DNA of 58,485 bases, filler included, from Basidiobolus ranarum (GCA_040143965.1; 9 parts of 9 records of this genome joined end to end with filler, not necessarily neighbours in it); one strand, 5' to 3'; shown: positions 1-13,056, counted from the first letter of the whole stretch. Notes: generated by a model not told the origin, from the sequence alone. Program-made: numbers and translations.

Positions 1-744
1 AATGATGTTTGATCCGTGATAGCAACCAGTGGGCCTTTAGGAAGCTGACCCCTTCCGAGCAACGTTACGTCTCAAACCCCTTCGCTTTGCAGCTACCACG
101 AGGCTCCTTATTTCCAAGGCTATGAATATGCTGCTCTTCATCCGCCTTATAGATATGCATCGTAAACCTTAGGTTGACTTTTAATAACCCCTCTATAGTC
201 ACTTCTTCTGGTTGGCGCATCAGCTGATGGCTAACTTAGCGACTCATGCCAAGTAGACGTCACCAAGATAAATAGTCATGATATTCGGATGACGATGCTA
301 AGTAGCCGCCAATAATAATCCAATCTAAACAACGACGTATTAATGCATTTCAATGACCTTATTCAGTCTAGTGGGGTCTTCTAATGATTCACTCACGGTA
401 ATCCTCCTCGTACCACCAGCAAGCCTGGAGAATTCATGCCGATTCTACAAGATAGAACATGATGCCATTAAATGGTAGTGTATTCAATCTATGATCTTGC
501 GTCATAATGAAATCGAGGTAATTTCTAAAATCAGATAGCCCCTATTTTATACAAACTACAGAGATCAGATGGAGAGAGGAGTTTCATACTGGAGATTGAG
601 TAAGCTCCTTTTTCTCCTAATGCTATATAATTCCCAGATATCCCTCATGATATCTTCACAATAATCCACTACGCTGTCACTGCCGCTACTCAAACAAATA
701 ATTCACTCAACGTAACCCTCTCAATCAATTTATACTCAACAACA

Positions 745-1467
745 ATGTCTGATGCTCGCAAGAATACCCACCAAGCTGCTGAGAAGGTTTCCAAAGCCTA
801 TGATGAGGCCGCAGATAAGCTTCCAGAATCCTCTGAAGTTCGTAACAAAGCTCATAACGTTGCCAATAAGGCCGCTGATACTTGGGAAAATTTAAGCTCT
901 GAAGCACAAGATGCAAAGAAGAAGGCTACCGAAGAATGGGAGCATGTTAAGGATCAACTTCCATCTCAAGAAGAAATTCAACGCAAAGCCCAGTATGCTG
1001 CTGGAAAGTTGCAGGAAGGATGGGAAGCTTTTGAAGACGAAGCTGCTTTCCTTGGCAAAAAAGCTGGTGGTGCAGTTGAGCGTGTTGGCTCTCCTATTGC
1101 TTCCTACTTTTCCAACACTGACCCTCTACGTCAGTGGTTAATGTCTGGCTTATGTCTTGGTGCCTCTGGTTATGCCTTCTCATATCTACGCAACTCTAAT
1201 GCTGGCTGGTTAGCCGCCGGCATTGGTGCCTTGTACGCGTATGGTGCTAATTTAATTGGCCTCGCAGACTATCAACTTGGCTACGATCTTACATCTGTTG
1301 CATCCATTGGTGTAATTGCTCTGTCAGGTCGCAAGGCGTTCAACACAAATGAAGGATTTTCTGTCATTCTTGCTGTCCTTGGAGGGATAACTGGGTTGAC
1401 CAACATCACCAAAGCTTACCAAATTCGTTATGGCAAGTACCAGAGACGTACTGTGAAGCGTTTTTAA
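745..1467 (+). CDS. LEA/apolipoprotein-like helical N-terminus fused to a TMEM14 (UPF0136)-like membrane domain, paralogue 1 (240 aa, intronless)
   Basis: Open ORF. The N-half is A/E/K-rich and helical. The C-terminal ~110 aa has Gly-rich hydrophobic segments (GLCLGASGYAF, AAGIGALYAYG, DYQLGYDL, LAVLGGITG) resembling TMEM14. TATATAA at 624-630. Close paralogue at 2469-3218. Confidence 0.8.
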   Translation: MSDARKNTHQAAEKVSKAYDEAADKLPESSEVRNKAHNVANKAADTWENLSSEAQDAKKKATEEWEHVKDQLPSQEEIQRKAQYAAGKLQEGWEAFEDEAAFLGKKAGGAVERVGSPIASYFSNTDPLRQWLMSGLCLGASGYAFSYLRNSNAGWLAAGIGALYAYGANLIGLADYQLGYDLTSVASIGVIALSGRKAFNTNEGFSVILAVLGGITGLTNITKAYQIRYGKYQRRTVKRF

Positions 1468-2468
1468 AGGCAAACCGTAGTGGCCATTCTGAAACCTCAT
1501 ATACATATCATCTGAGTATCTTTTGAATAGATTGGAAACCTCGGTACACACTAACAACCTTGTTGTACTATTCTTGATCATGTTTATACTTCCCCACTTT
1601 CATGTTATTCAAATCCGAGAAAATAAAATCCAATGTTTTATTCGTATATCACCTGCCACTATCTACTGCAACAAACAATGAAATATAAAGGTTAATTCTC
1701 TCCAGACGCCAATACGTGACACTGAATATTCAAAGATGCACTTACGTTGCCAGTTGCAACTAAAAGGTCAATTCTTGCATATGTGCCTTCAAACTAAATA
1801 CGTGTGTTGAAGAGATTCCATTAATTCTCCGCCATGTGCATCATCGGTAGTACATAGAATCATTTGGATGTGACGAACAATGTATTTTTATTCGCCTGTG
1901 ACTATTGTATTCTTGTGCAATGGGTGCTGGGTGATACGTAGTACTCCCCGATTCTGTCACAAATTAAATTCAAGCTAAATGGAATTTAGTTATGACATAT
2001 TCCCTCTGCACTGTCACAACTCAATCTCCGCGATGGAAAAAAGCGCATCGTCATCTGCATTTGTTTAGGTGATCGTGGCTTTGGCGACGTCATCTGGCTG
2101 ACACCGGGGGGAGATGGAATGGCAAAGATTTCGTGCTCCCCATAATTAAATTAATCATAATGAATGACTGTATTCATCAGTATATTTGGTGAGATAGTAA
2201 TTAGGGGAGAGTATTCTTCCTGGCATGATAAGATCAGGGAGATTTAGCGTACGTAGTGGATTCGCATGAGGAAAGGGGAATGGATTATGGATGGTTTCAA
2301 AATAAGATACATACCGCTATTGGTAAACTAACCCGAGGGAAATGTGGCGAAACTATATATTCTCTGAACTCCCTGGCGTGGTTGGTTATCTTTCTTTAGA
2401 AATATTAGTTTTATCTTTTGCTCATCAGCTCCTCAACAAACCTTTTACGTTTCATAACTCTACTCACA

Positions 2469-3218
2469 ATGCCTTCTGACGCCCGTAAGAACGCTCACCA
2501 AGCTGCTGATAAACTTACCGAAACCTACGATGATGCTACTGACAAACTACCCAACACCTCTGCTGTTCGCGATAATGTTCATTATGCCGCGGATCGTGCT
2601 GCTGATGCTTGGGAATCGTTAAGCACTGAGGCTCAAAATGCTCGTCGTAAAGCAGGACAGGCTGCTAACCGTGCTGCAGCCGAATGGGAAAACGTCAAAG
2701 AGCAATTACCTTCTCAAGATGAAATTAAGGAAAAGGCTGATTATGCAGCAACTAAGATTCAAGAAGGTTTCGAGGTCTTCGAAAACGAGGCTTCTTACTA
2801 TGCTAAAAAGGCAGGTGGTGCTGTTGAGCGTGTTGGTGCTCCTGTAGCTGCGTACTTCTCAAACACCGATCCCCTTCGTCAATGGCTAATGGCTGGATTG
2901 TGTGTTGGTGCATCTGGATACGCTTTCTCTTATCTTCGTAATAGCAATACTGGGTGGTTTGCTGCCGGTGTTGGTGCACTGTATGCTTACGGTGGTCATC
3001 TTATTGGACACGGTGATTATCAACTTGGTTATGATGTCTCCTCTGCTGCTTCCCTTGGTGTTATCGCTCTATCTACCCGCAAGGCGTTCGCCCACAGTGA
3101 GGGATATTCAGTGATCTTGACTGCTCTGGGTGGTGTTACTGGTGTTACTAACATTACCAAAGCGTATCAGCTTCGTTATGGAAGATATAGCGCCAGACGC
3201 CCAGCCAGACGTTACTAG
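2469..3218 (+). CDS. LEA/apolipoprotein-like + TMEM14-like protein, paralogue 2 (249 aa)
   Basis: Collinear with paralogue 1 (MPSDARKNAHQAADK..., YFSNTDPLRQWLM identical). Start placed at ATG 2469 by alignment, not the TTG at 2418. Confidence 0.8.
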   Translation: MPSDARKNAHQAADKLTETYDDATDKLPNTSAVRDNVHYAADRAADAWESLSTEAQNARRKAGQAANRAAAEWENVKEQLPSQDEIKEKADYAATKIQEGFEVFENEASYYAKKAGGAVERVGAPVAAYFSNTDPLRQWLMAGLCVGASGYAFSYLRNSNTGWFAAGVGALYAYGGHLIGHGDYQLGYDVSSAASLGVIALSTRKAFAHSEGYSVILTALGGVTGVTNITKAYQLRYGRYSARRPARRY

Positions 3219-4329
3219 GTCTAACTATACTAACCGTCACGACACTTCTGTAAAAACAATCATGTCGAGTTAACTCCAGATAGTGACTATACTTTAACAT
3301 TCACTTACGTCATATTGTGACGCACACACCTTTTTCGTAAATACTGTTTATATGCTAATAAATACCTGGCATCAGAAGAAATCGGCTTACCTCCATATAT
3401 TCTATTTTTTAAATCATGTGACTTGATTGTAGTCAGTTTTGGGTGTTGTTGGGAACTATCGGCCTATATTAGTTGAAGGGTACTGTGACTTTGAAGGTAG
3501 CTTTTTGAGACAGTTGTACTGTCGAATCCATTTTCCCCACCAGCTTGCTGTTTAAACTAAATTTGATATTCGAATGATCAAACTTTCAAACTGTTCAAAC
3601 CTTCCCTTGACTTAGGACCTGGGAATATAGTTCTGAGTTTGAAATTTCAACATTTGAACTCAACAAATTGTAACTTTTATGAGTTAAGTGCTTAAATATT
3701 TGTTCATAATGTTTGATATAGATTACCTTAATGTATATCAGAACTACAAAAAACCAACTCAAATCGATCTAAAATTTCTCATAATTTCTCCAACTTCCAT
3801 TGTATTTTAGCAATATACTACTATTGGAATGTTGGGCATCAAAAATAGAACAAACTCTGCTCTAATCGAATGATTCAACTAGTATTAACCTGTAATTAGT
3901 CTGACACACTCATTCCAAACCACTGCCATACTCTCTTCTACCAAAACAGTGACAATATATATATATATAAGTATGCAGAGTAAAATTAAATACTTAATCA
4001 TAAATATGTTAAAATTAAATCAACATTGGTATTTGTTGTTTTGGTGCAATACAAGCCTCTACCTTTTTCAACTAACCCTACAGATCTACTTTATTGAATA
4101 TAAAAATAATATGTTAGAAAAGCATGGTAGCTGATAATCTTGCCCACATATATTACTCCCCAAGCAAAATACATTATAATTCATCATCAGCAAGTGATTT
4201 TTCACTAATTTGCAACAATAAAAATTTATGGCAGTCATGCTGCATTTACTTATGATAGCTAGACTCTTATACACAAGTTACTACATGTCAATGAGTTGGA
4301 ATTAGGCATCTAAATACATATAATCTTGT

Positions 4330-5657
4330 ATTAGATATCCACTCATCTAGGCATTTATTCAAATGCAAAGACTGGAAGTATTGGATTTGTATATATTCAG
4401 GTGGAATCTTGAAAAGATTTCTGCCCGATAAGGCCACATTGGGAGTTGTTTGTGGATATTATTAATATATTCTTATGGCATCAACTCACATTGGCAGATC
4501 TCAGGAAGATACAGCAACTATGTGAAGATTTTGTAATTGGATATGAAAAACTATATCACAGGTTTAAAGAAGATAGACTGAATATATGCTGGTATTCAAT
4601 ATATTCCCTGCTGCATCTTTCACAATGCTTAGAGATTATAGGACCTTGCTATACATTCTGGGAGTTCCCAATGGAGTGCACCTGTGGTGAAATAAGGCTC
4701 TATATGAAATCATCAGTATTACCATATGCTAATCTGATTAACAATGTATCATCAAAATCAGTTATAGATATACTGCAATGGGTTAAGGAGACTCCAGAGT
4801 ATATTAACCTTCCTACAAAGGGCTCTTTTCAATGTGCTCATGGGTTTTTGCATTGTTAGAGCACAATAACAGCAACAAAACCCAATCCATGGACACAGAG
4901 TAAGTACCTCTATAATTTGAACTAATTTGTTTATATGATAATCTGATGGTATTTCCAGGAAAGCTGAAAGACAGACTTTTTGGTGAGATAGATCAAGATA
5001 CACAGTATTATTATTTTAGACATGGGATAATCTATTCAAGCAATAACACATCTACTTGTGGCAGGACATTTGTTGACTGCAAGTCAGGGATATTTTGGCT
5101 GAATTCTTTGTGGAAATTTGCCAAAATCCAAGAGCTTATTCTCATTGTGAATGGTAACAAGAGTCAGCTATTTGACCAGTGTCAGTGCTATTCAAAATTT
5201 CAGATGTTTAGCAATTTTTCCACCATTAGTTTGGTGGTAAAGCATATTGATGTTGTTGAGTTATGTCTGATCAGTCAAGTATGTGCATATGAAGAGACTA
5301 AACACAACAAGATTCTTGTATTTTTTGATTCTCATTATGGCTGGAATACAAACCCTGAAATGTCTAAATAAAGGCATGCATATTGATTCAAATTCCTACA
5401 GTAGTAAACTCAGTAATTTGCCATTCAAAAATTAGATTTTTGCAAAAATTGCTGGAAACTAAACAACACATGCCAAATATGAGTATCAATATTTTAACAT
5501 ATATGAATACTCTCAAAATACCATCAAGAAACTGTCATCACACCATCAAAATCCTTGGCAGAATGCAAGCCACCAATATTTTGATGGTTGTCTGACAGTT
5601 TTGCAATCCAGAAGGGTGGATCCAAACTGAAACAAATGGATTTTATTTTTGATAGGG
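4330..5657 (+). mobile_element. Decayed EnSpm/CACTA-like (Tnp2 family) transposase, C-terminal part, plus probable terminus (...TTTTTGATAGGG)
   Basis: HLSQCLEIIGPCYTFWEFPMECTCG resembles the Tnp2 H..d.I...GP....W.F.mER..G motif. Upstream IHSSRHLFKCKDWKYWICIYS matches the copy at 54293-55573. Frameshifts and stops present; CpG-poor. Confidence 0.7.
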
Positions 5658-5971
5658 GCATATATAGGTTAGTACTTAGTGATCTTAAGTTTCATTATAA
5701 TATTTTCCATTATCCCCAATTGGAATTTGCTTAGAGTATTTTTACCAACTTAGAAGTTCTTTGATATATAGATTTTTCAAACTTGTGCTAGAAGCCCCAA
5801 ACTTTGCACACATGTTCCTGGGACCTTCCTTAATGCATTTTACACATTACTTTGTTTACATCTTGACAAAACTATAAATTTCAACTTTCTCCTCAATAAA
5901 TCAATAAGTGAAAAGAACCAATTTCTCTAATTCTCCAAACCACTTGAAACTGGCTCCCAAATACTCCAACA
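5658..5971 (+). mobile_element. Copia LTR family A, 5'-truncated copy
   Basis: Aligns by eye with 24923-25269 and the reverse complement of 56033-56666; ends ...ATACTCCAACA. Confidence 0.8.
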
Positions 5972-6067
5972 GTGACTAGTTAGTAATGGTAATAAACTAA
6001 ACAGATACTTATGCAAGTTGCTTAGGGATGGTGCAAGTTAAGTAACTTTGTATCTTTGTGAACAATA
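5972..6067 (-). mobile_element. LTR family B fragment (5' end of the LTR), interrupted by LTR-A
   Basis: Reverse complement matches 53308-53403 (GTGACTAGTTAG...TAAACTAAACAGATA...CAAGTTG). Confidence 0.65.
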
Positions 6068-6185
6068 CTAGACTATGAAACTCATGTGGCAGGCTATTCA
6101 GGACTATAGCAGTAATATCTTTATCAGTAGTAGAGACTCCAGTGCATTACATTTCATCCACTAAAATAGTGACTCTATTAATGAG

Positions 6186-6435
6186 TGTTGTGTCCAAGAG
6201 AAAAGTGGATAAAAAGTCTTGAACTTTACTGAACCAAAGAAACAGTTAAGTGCAGAATCTTAGAACTGTTTAGGCAGGATATATAAGCAGAGCAGATCTA
6301 ACTAATATATGTCTTAGGAATAGTAGTGGGTTGCTATGTTATGGTAGAGAGTAGGTTTGCTAGGCAGCTAGGCTTGGTGTTCTGTAGGTGCTAGTGGATA
6401 CTAGGCTTAGATAGAAATGAGAGGGGAATATTGAA
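6186..6435 (-). mobile_element. LTR family B, 3' part, cut by contig end
   Basis: Near-identical to the reverse complement of ~53797-54047; terminal TGTTGTGTCC. Confidence 0.8.
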
Positions 6436-6535
6436 NNNNNNNNNNNNNNNNNNNNNNNNNNNNNNNNNNNNNNNNNNNNTTAATTAATTAANNNNNNNNN
6501 NNNNNNNNNNNNNNNNNNNNNNNNNNNNNNNNNNN
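6436..6535. other. Artificial contig spacer (44 N + TTAATTAATTAA + 44 N); also at 12957-13056, 19471-19570, 25980-26079, 32485-32584, 38988-39087, 45490-45589, 51989-52088
   Basis: Eight identical 100-bp blocks carrying a six-frame stop linker; flanking contigs are sorted by length (6435 down to 6397 bp). Confidence 0.98.
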
Positions 6536-9500
6536 CCCCCCACCCCCCCACCACTCTCCCCACCAAAACCACCCCCCCCCCCAACCAACCACTCACGGGG
6601 GCCCCAACTTTGGAAGAGCTCGCAAGATTCGCCTTTTCTCGAAATTTCCGAGATCTGTTCCAAACACAATTTGACTTCAATACTTAGTATGCTAGACATG
6701 ATATATGAGCATTTAGGTGCCAAACTCTATCGCTTCAGTATACATGTCCATAACAGTGTCACCTACGTTAAATTTATATAGAGATTGACTGTATCTCGAG
6801 TGAAAATATCTGCACGTAGCTTTCCACTCATGTTGACAGTGGGCAGGTTTGATCAAATCCATGTAGAGGATCATTGAATTTTTACTTTAACTATCTCTTA
6901 ACATTCCTAAGATATATTCGAATTCTCTGTTTCAATATTGAGCTTAAATATCCCACCATATGGAATAGAACCTTTTTAATAGTATGCAAATACTGAAGCT
7001 CTATGTTCTTTCAAAAAACTCGTAATACAATAGTGTCATACCAGGAAGATGCTTTAAAAAACTACTAGTGGAATGATAGCATCAAGTGCACAAATACTTC
7101 CAAGTAAACCAATTGAGGTCTATTGATAGGGTTTCAGTTATTTGCATAACGATCCTTGTTCTATGATGCAAATCTGGAGGAGAGTACTTGTGATTTATCT
7201 GCATCAAAAATATGAAAAACGCTTAGATCTATTGCTTCAAAGATACGGTATTGGAGTGGCTGTAGGATGCAACCTCACTGGGGTTGCATTATTTCATCTC
7301 TCAAATCTCTCTGGATTTGCTTCACATAAGGGCCATATACAAAGAATCTTCTTTGGCCTCACTGGACTGTGTTGTTACACCATCATGAGACTGAGTGCAA
7401 ATGGAAAATATTCACTCGCCCATTATACAACATGATATTTTAAATTAAGTCTTGGCTGACCAAGTTAATTAGCTTCACTCGAACATTCCAATACTACTTG
7501 AGAGGGCACTACTAGTTGCCCAATATCCAACTTTGGAAGAACAATCGATAATATTCATTAGAGCACATATTCAAAAAGAGTAGCATGTTCGAAGTTTGAA
7601 TTTCTAACCCAAACATGCTTACATTCAAACCATATTTGATTCATTTCCTAACTTTGATGGCGCAAGGGAGAGAGCTAGACTATTTTTAATATACTAACAA
7701 GAATCTGAGTAGTACGCCCTATAATGATCCTGAAAGGAATTATTAATCAATTTGCCAACAATAAAACCTTCCCAAGATATATAAAGTAGCAATCACACAA
7801 AAGCTATTCGGGAATAAGAGACAAAAGGCCAGGTCCTATTCGAACAAAGAATGGTAAGGTGACTTGTCTTACTCTCTCATTCTCTGGGGAATGATATGCT
7901 CTTGTTTGTTTTACATCTGAAGACTCTCAGAGCTTTGCGATTGTTCCGAGGATTTTGGAGACACAAGTTTGTGACTAGTTTGTTGGAGGTTATTCCGATG
8001 GTTGATGCAGGGAGGAGAGTACTAACGCGGGTAAGTGTAGATTGGGTTAGGTTTGCTAAAATGAGGCTTTTCTTTAGGCATGCAGTATGCCAGGATATAA
8101 ATGACTCAACTATTGCTTATTTTCGATAGATTGTTATTTAAATTGTTTATTGTGATGATTGAGTGTTCTAGCATGAATATGTGAACTAGTTATCCGGGTC
8201 CTACTTTAGGGATATCGTAATGCTCCGAAATATTCGCCAGGTATTCATTGAACTCTGCCACCTTTTGTTTGTGGCTTTTTTGGGCAAGTTTGTAAGCTTT
8301 TTCACGTTGCTAGATAATTAGTAAACAAAGAAAATCGCTAGTCAGTGAATGGTGTTGATATGAGATGGGTGATTTGATAGGAAGAGTGGAAAGGTATTCG
8401 GGGACAATTTGGGTAGATGTAAAGGGGTTAGTTGTATTTACACTCACTTACCCTTATTCTTTGAACCTTCTCAAAAGCTAATTCTGCGGGAGTCTTAGTG
8501 GGTTTGGCGGCAGCAAGATCCTTAGAAGGTAGGCTAGCAGATACAGTAGGATGTTTGTGCTTATTTTGAACTCTCCTACATCAGCGGATAGAATTTTAGT
8601 ACATGTTACATGGAAGATAAAGCGATAGAATGTCTCTCCATAGTACACACTAAGATACTGTTATTGTGGTGTGTGCTAACGAGTCTAATAGATCAATATT
8701 GAAGACATACTTACTTTTTGACACCGCCACCTAATCTACAAACGTTGCTTCCTTTTAGTTTCAGTGAACCACGAATCACAGTATCGTATTCAGACATTTT
8801 CAAACTTCCTCATTCAACTATGATGAGCTCTCGAATTACGAGGATATAAAATAGCGAATACTGGTCATGAACGCACCCTATTTATCTTAAAGCTGACCAT
8901 CCGTTGACTGATCTAGATGTGGTTCAATCAGGTGATGAGAGAAATGCCGAGAAATTTCTGGAAATCCCGGGTAAGTAAGAATTTTCTACCATCTTGATAT
9001 AGCTTAATCAACAAAGTGATGAGATGCGCGCTAAGCCCTTGAGTTGCCATAAAGGGCGGCAAATATCACGGAGTTGTCAACTCGCTTCGATTCGTTTTGG
9101 TATATGATCGTTTATATTTGAATGGGTTTGTCTATGGATAGGATGGGACAGTTTAAATGGAATTTCAATCTACACTATAAAAATATAAAGAATAGACAAA
9201 AGAGAATAGCACTGTATTTCTACATTTACACACAAGAAATATATAATGGTCTCTCAGAGTGTCTTCTCGTTTGTGGAAGAGAAATAAGAGTCAAGTTGGA
9301 AGATGTTTTTATGATGTATTTATTCATCAGGTAAACAAATATACCCGCTAAACTCACATATGAGTAAAAAGAGGGTTAAAGCAAGATAGGGAAGATAACG
9401 GGAAATAAAGTGAACGACCACCTTTCTTCTATAACTCGCAAGAAAGATATTCATCAAGAGTAGTATCTCTCAAAACGAGAGTATATATCCAGGAAATGGT

Positions 9501-9550
9501 GTATCATTCACTGTAGCCTCAAATTGAAGAGTCAACTACCAAAATGCGGC

Positions 9551-10302
9551 TCATGTTTGATGCTTCATAACCACCATAGGTAATAAACGGCTATGAATCA
9601 GGGTAAAGCTATTTAAAATAAAATAAGGAGGATACATCAAGCAGAATCTCCATGGCCTAATCCCAGGCTTAGGGATAGATTTGAATACGAACTGAAGACG
9701 ATTTAAGTTGAGGAATATGTTTCCCACCGGCTGCTGGTTTCCGATATTTAACTTTTTCTTTGGATATTGATTTGGACAGTTTCTCATCATATCTTGCAAT
9801 CTGGGTGTCATATATATATAGTGAGCGAAAGCATCTAGTAATCAGCTATTTGTTGTATGTTGTTTCCTGCATTTTCAAAATGGACGTGTAAACCTCGACT
9901 CAATCGCTAGGATTGAGTGAATAGCAATCTTCAAAGACTGTTCGAAACTGAATTAGGATGTCTTAAATGACAGCAAATTTGCGAAGTAGAGTTTTACGAA
10001 CTACTTTTTCGTCTTCAGAAAACCCAAGGTATCTGGTGAGTGTTTTTCGCACACGGCGTTCACTCCTTCCGGATCTGCGATCTCCATAGTAAATTTGTGC
10101 AATCTGATAAATCTCTCCTGATTGGAAGCGACGACTCCAGTGCTCCTCTGGAATCTCGAGATGGTCATGGCCCGGTTCTACGTCACTGAAATCCACTAAG
10201 CTACTATTACGACTACTATCAGGACTATCTGGGTGTCGAGAACGAATTAAAGAGTAGAATTTTCGAGCATCCTGAAGTAAATTGGATGGGGGAAGCGACA
10301 TG
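9551..10302 (-). CDS. Hypothetical protein or pseudogene (two ORF segments, 9963-10302 and 9551-9811)
   Basis: Protein-like ORF MSLPPSNLLQDARKFYS...; CpG-normal. A possible splice acceptor (GCTGAT...TAG) precedes the second segment, but no clean splice model could be built and no family was recognised. Confidence 0.3.
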
Positions 10303-12043
10303 TTCCAAGATATATCAGCAAAGCAGAAGATAGTGGTTATTGGCAGAAAATATTTGAGCACCCTTGAGTATGAGGAGAGTATTAGGATGTGGTACTAGGT
10401 ACAACTCTCCCTTAGTGTCACTAAGCTAGTCTTTATACTTTATCGGAACTCTGTATACATGCGCCTCGCATACATTGAACTCCAGCATAACTTCACCAGA
10501 AATACTCGAACCGGTATAATCAAAACTCACCTACTAATTTGGTACAATTTGTTCTAGACAAAATAGGCATACAAGAAACATGAACCCTCAAATTGGCCAG
10601 ATTGTGACTTGATTTTCTCTGGACAAAAATGAACAATTGAAGAAACTTATACAGCTCCATGCATCAAAGCTTTGCTCCGAAGATTTCAAACGTGGAGATA
10701 ATACATTTAGTTGATGACAAGGAACTGCCTTATTTGTTCCTAATTAGACCGGTTCCGAGAATGTATATTGAGTGTATAAAGAAAAATCTGGACTCAATAT
10801 AAAATCAGGTTCTTGACCGGAATATTTCCTAGCCATAACAGATTGAGGTATGTTCCATTGTGTGGATAGAATATTGATTCTTACAACTTAGGGCGAGCCA
10901 GACCATACTCACCAGTGGCACTGGAGAAGGAATCTGCAATCAATTACATAGGAAATTACTCATCCGTTTGCAAACCAGTATGTTAGGGGTGTGGACTAGA
11001 CTTAGTCAGCTGCCATATCAATTTGAATAAAGACGGTACATTTATTCGAGTAGACATCGATTCTCATTTAATTTATGGTCAACCACGCGAACCCAAATCC
11101 TAACAAGGGTCTTAGACTACCTTTACCCGGAGCAAAGAGGAAGTCTTTTCGGAAGATTCAATCCGACCAGATTAAAATTGGGTTGGTATGATAATCAACT
11201 CTAAACTCTATCAGTCATTTAGCCCCTCAGCTCAGTTCTGCGGTCTAAATCACTTGTTTGATAATTGAAATATAATTGTACAACGTATCTGAAGAACCTG
11301 CAATCGATGACATTAGATTAGATATTTAGTGTAAGTGCTTATACCTCTTGCTACGTACATAATTACCATCAATAGAAATAGGAAACTGTCAAATTCCACC
11401 TCATATGGTGGATCTTTTGGCTGTTCAACTTTATACGTAGTTATATATTCAACGAGCAGACTTATCTATAATGTTATTACCACCCTCAACTTACAAATAT
11501 TTGCTCTTTCGATATTTCAATGTTGGCTTAACACTTCTTGATCATTGTGCCAGCTTCGTTAGAATTGAGCTTTGTTCATACTATATACTGGAAATCTTAT
11601 CATTGGCATACATTTGAATTCACACTGCTATGAAAGCTACTGCACCTTCTTGTCATAATCATGGATCCACGATGCAGTAAGTATTCTTTTAAGTAAAGAA
11701 TAATGACTTCCCCGACACTATTCCAGGATCATAAGAAGCTTAGAATGAAGATTCGAGAGGTTCTAAATATATTTTTAGACTTTGCTATTCTCGCAGATAT
11801 ACTGAGATAAGCAGAATGACAATATATAAATGGAGCATTTAGTAGCAAAATTAGGATGGCACTGAAGTGAAATAACTTAGAGCAAAGTTACAAATATCTA
11901 ATGTGTACATATCACATCTTCATGGAAAGCTGAGAGTTCTGAGTACTGGAGCAATTAATAATTACTCATCAAGATGAATATACAATAAACTCTATATTGC
12001 CTAGAAAGCTAGCTTGAATACCAGAGAAATCTATTTGATTTTT

Positions 12044-12355
12044 TCAAGGATAAGGGTGAAGGTAAAAGTGAGACCACCAAGAACCAGCTCTTTTGTAGAA
12101 CATATTTTTGAACTCTGACAGTTGACCCATAGCATCATACTTGTAAGGATAGGCATACCATTCCTCTAAATTAGAAAAGACTCTATTTCCATCAATGACT
12201 TCTGTCCTCAACTTATCAAAGAATCGACGATAATGTATAGCAGGATCTTCAATTAAAAACATTTTAGTATAGTGATGCATATATACTGCTGCGGTTTTGG
12301 GTTGAGAATACAGCTTATTGTGATGGTATTGCCAGCATGTACCCAATGAAAACAC
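12044..12355 (-). CDS. Hypothetical protein fragment or pseudogene
   Basis: 103-codon ORF with protein-like composition and no ATG start; family not recognised. Confidence 0.2.
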   Translation of the reverse strand: MFSLGTCWQYHHNKLYSQPKTAAVYMHHYTKMFLIEDPAIHYRRFFDKLRTEVIDGNRVFSNLEEWYAYPYKYDAMGQLSEFKNMFYKRAGSWWSHFYLHPYP

Positions 12356-13056
12356 ATGAATTGAAGTTTAGTAGAGATGCATACTCAGCGGATATTTTAA
12401 TGTGTTATGATTTTCAACGATCTTTTTTACTTGCATCCTGATGATGGAATTGAAATCCGAACAACTTCCACTCGGTGTTTAATGGCGTTTATATTCAGAT
12501 ACTTGACATCCATGAGTTAAATAAAAAAAAGATTTTATTGTCGAAGCTCCATAGATACAAGAATACCTATACCCTGGCTGCCGTATCCAAACAAATCGAC
12601 TGCAACGATGTATCCTAGGAGTCACTAAGATGATATTTGGATTTGATACTAGACTAGTTGAGAAATTCCACAAAGCTACTATATTTCAAGTACTCACAGC
12701 ACTCTATTTATATACTTCACAGTAGGTATCCAATAGATATTCAGAAAATGTGGTACATTCCAGAAGACCTTTATGCTGAGGTGCACTAGCATCTATACCG
12801 AATGACTCACAACATATATTATAACAGGCGTGCTAAGAAAAAGATACCAAGGTACGTCTCATAGTTCAACTTCTCCTACATCGCGCTGTCCAAAGTATAC
12901 AAAGCCAGAGTTATATGCGCATTTAATAGACAATCCAGACAAAGAGGCACCTATATNNNNNNNNNNNNNNNNNNNNNNNNNNNNNNNNNNNNNNNNNNNN
13001 TTAATTAATTAANNNNNNNNNNNNNNNNNNNNNNNNNNNNNNNNNNNNNNNNNNNN

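Noticed and set aside
1-175. Possible last exon of an upstream gene (…YHEAPYFQGYEYAALHPPYRYAS*)
   Set aside because: Too short and truncated at the window edge to support.
4076-4095. CCCTACAGAT as the left terminus of the contig-1 transposon
   Set aside because: Similarity to the consensus terminus fades within ~10 bp and there is no supporting TSD.
6436-6535. Recurrent TTAATTAATTAA palindrome at ~6.5-kb period
   Set aside because: Artificial stop linker between concatenated contigs. Adjacency across spacers has no biological meaning, so no gene cluster can be inferred.
6536-6605. C-rich tract resembling a G-quadruplex or telomere
   Set aside because: Irregular poly-C at a contig start, typical of poor read ends; no regular repeat unit.
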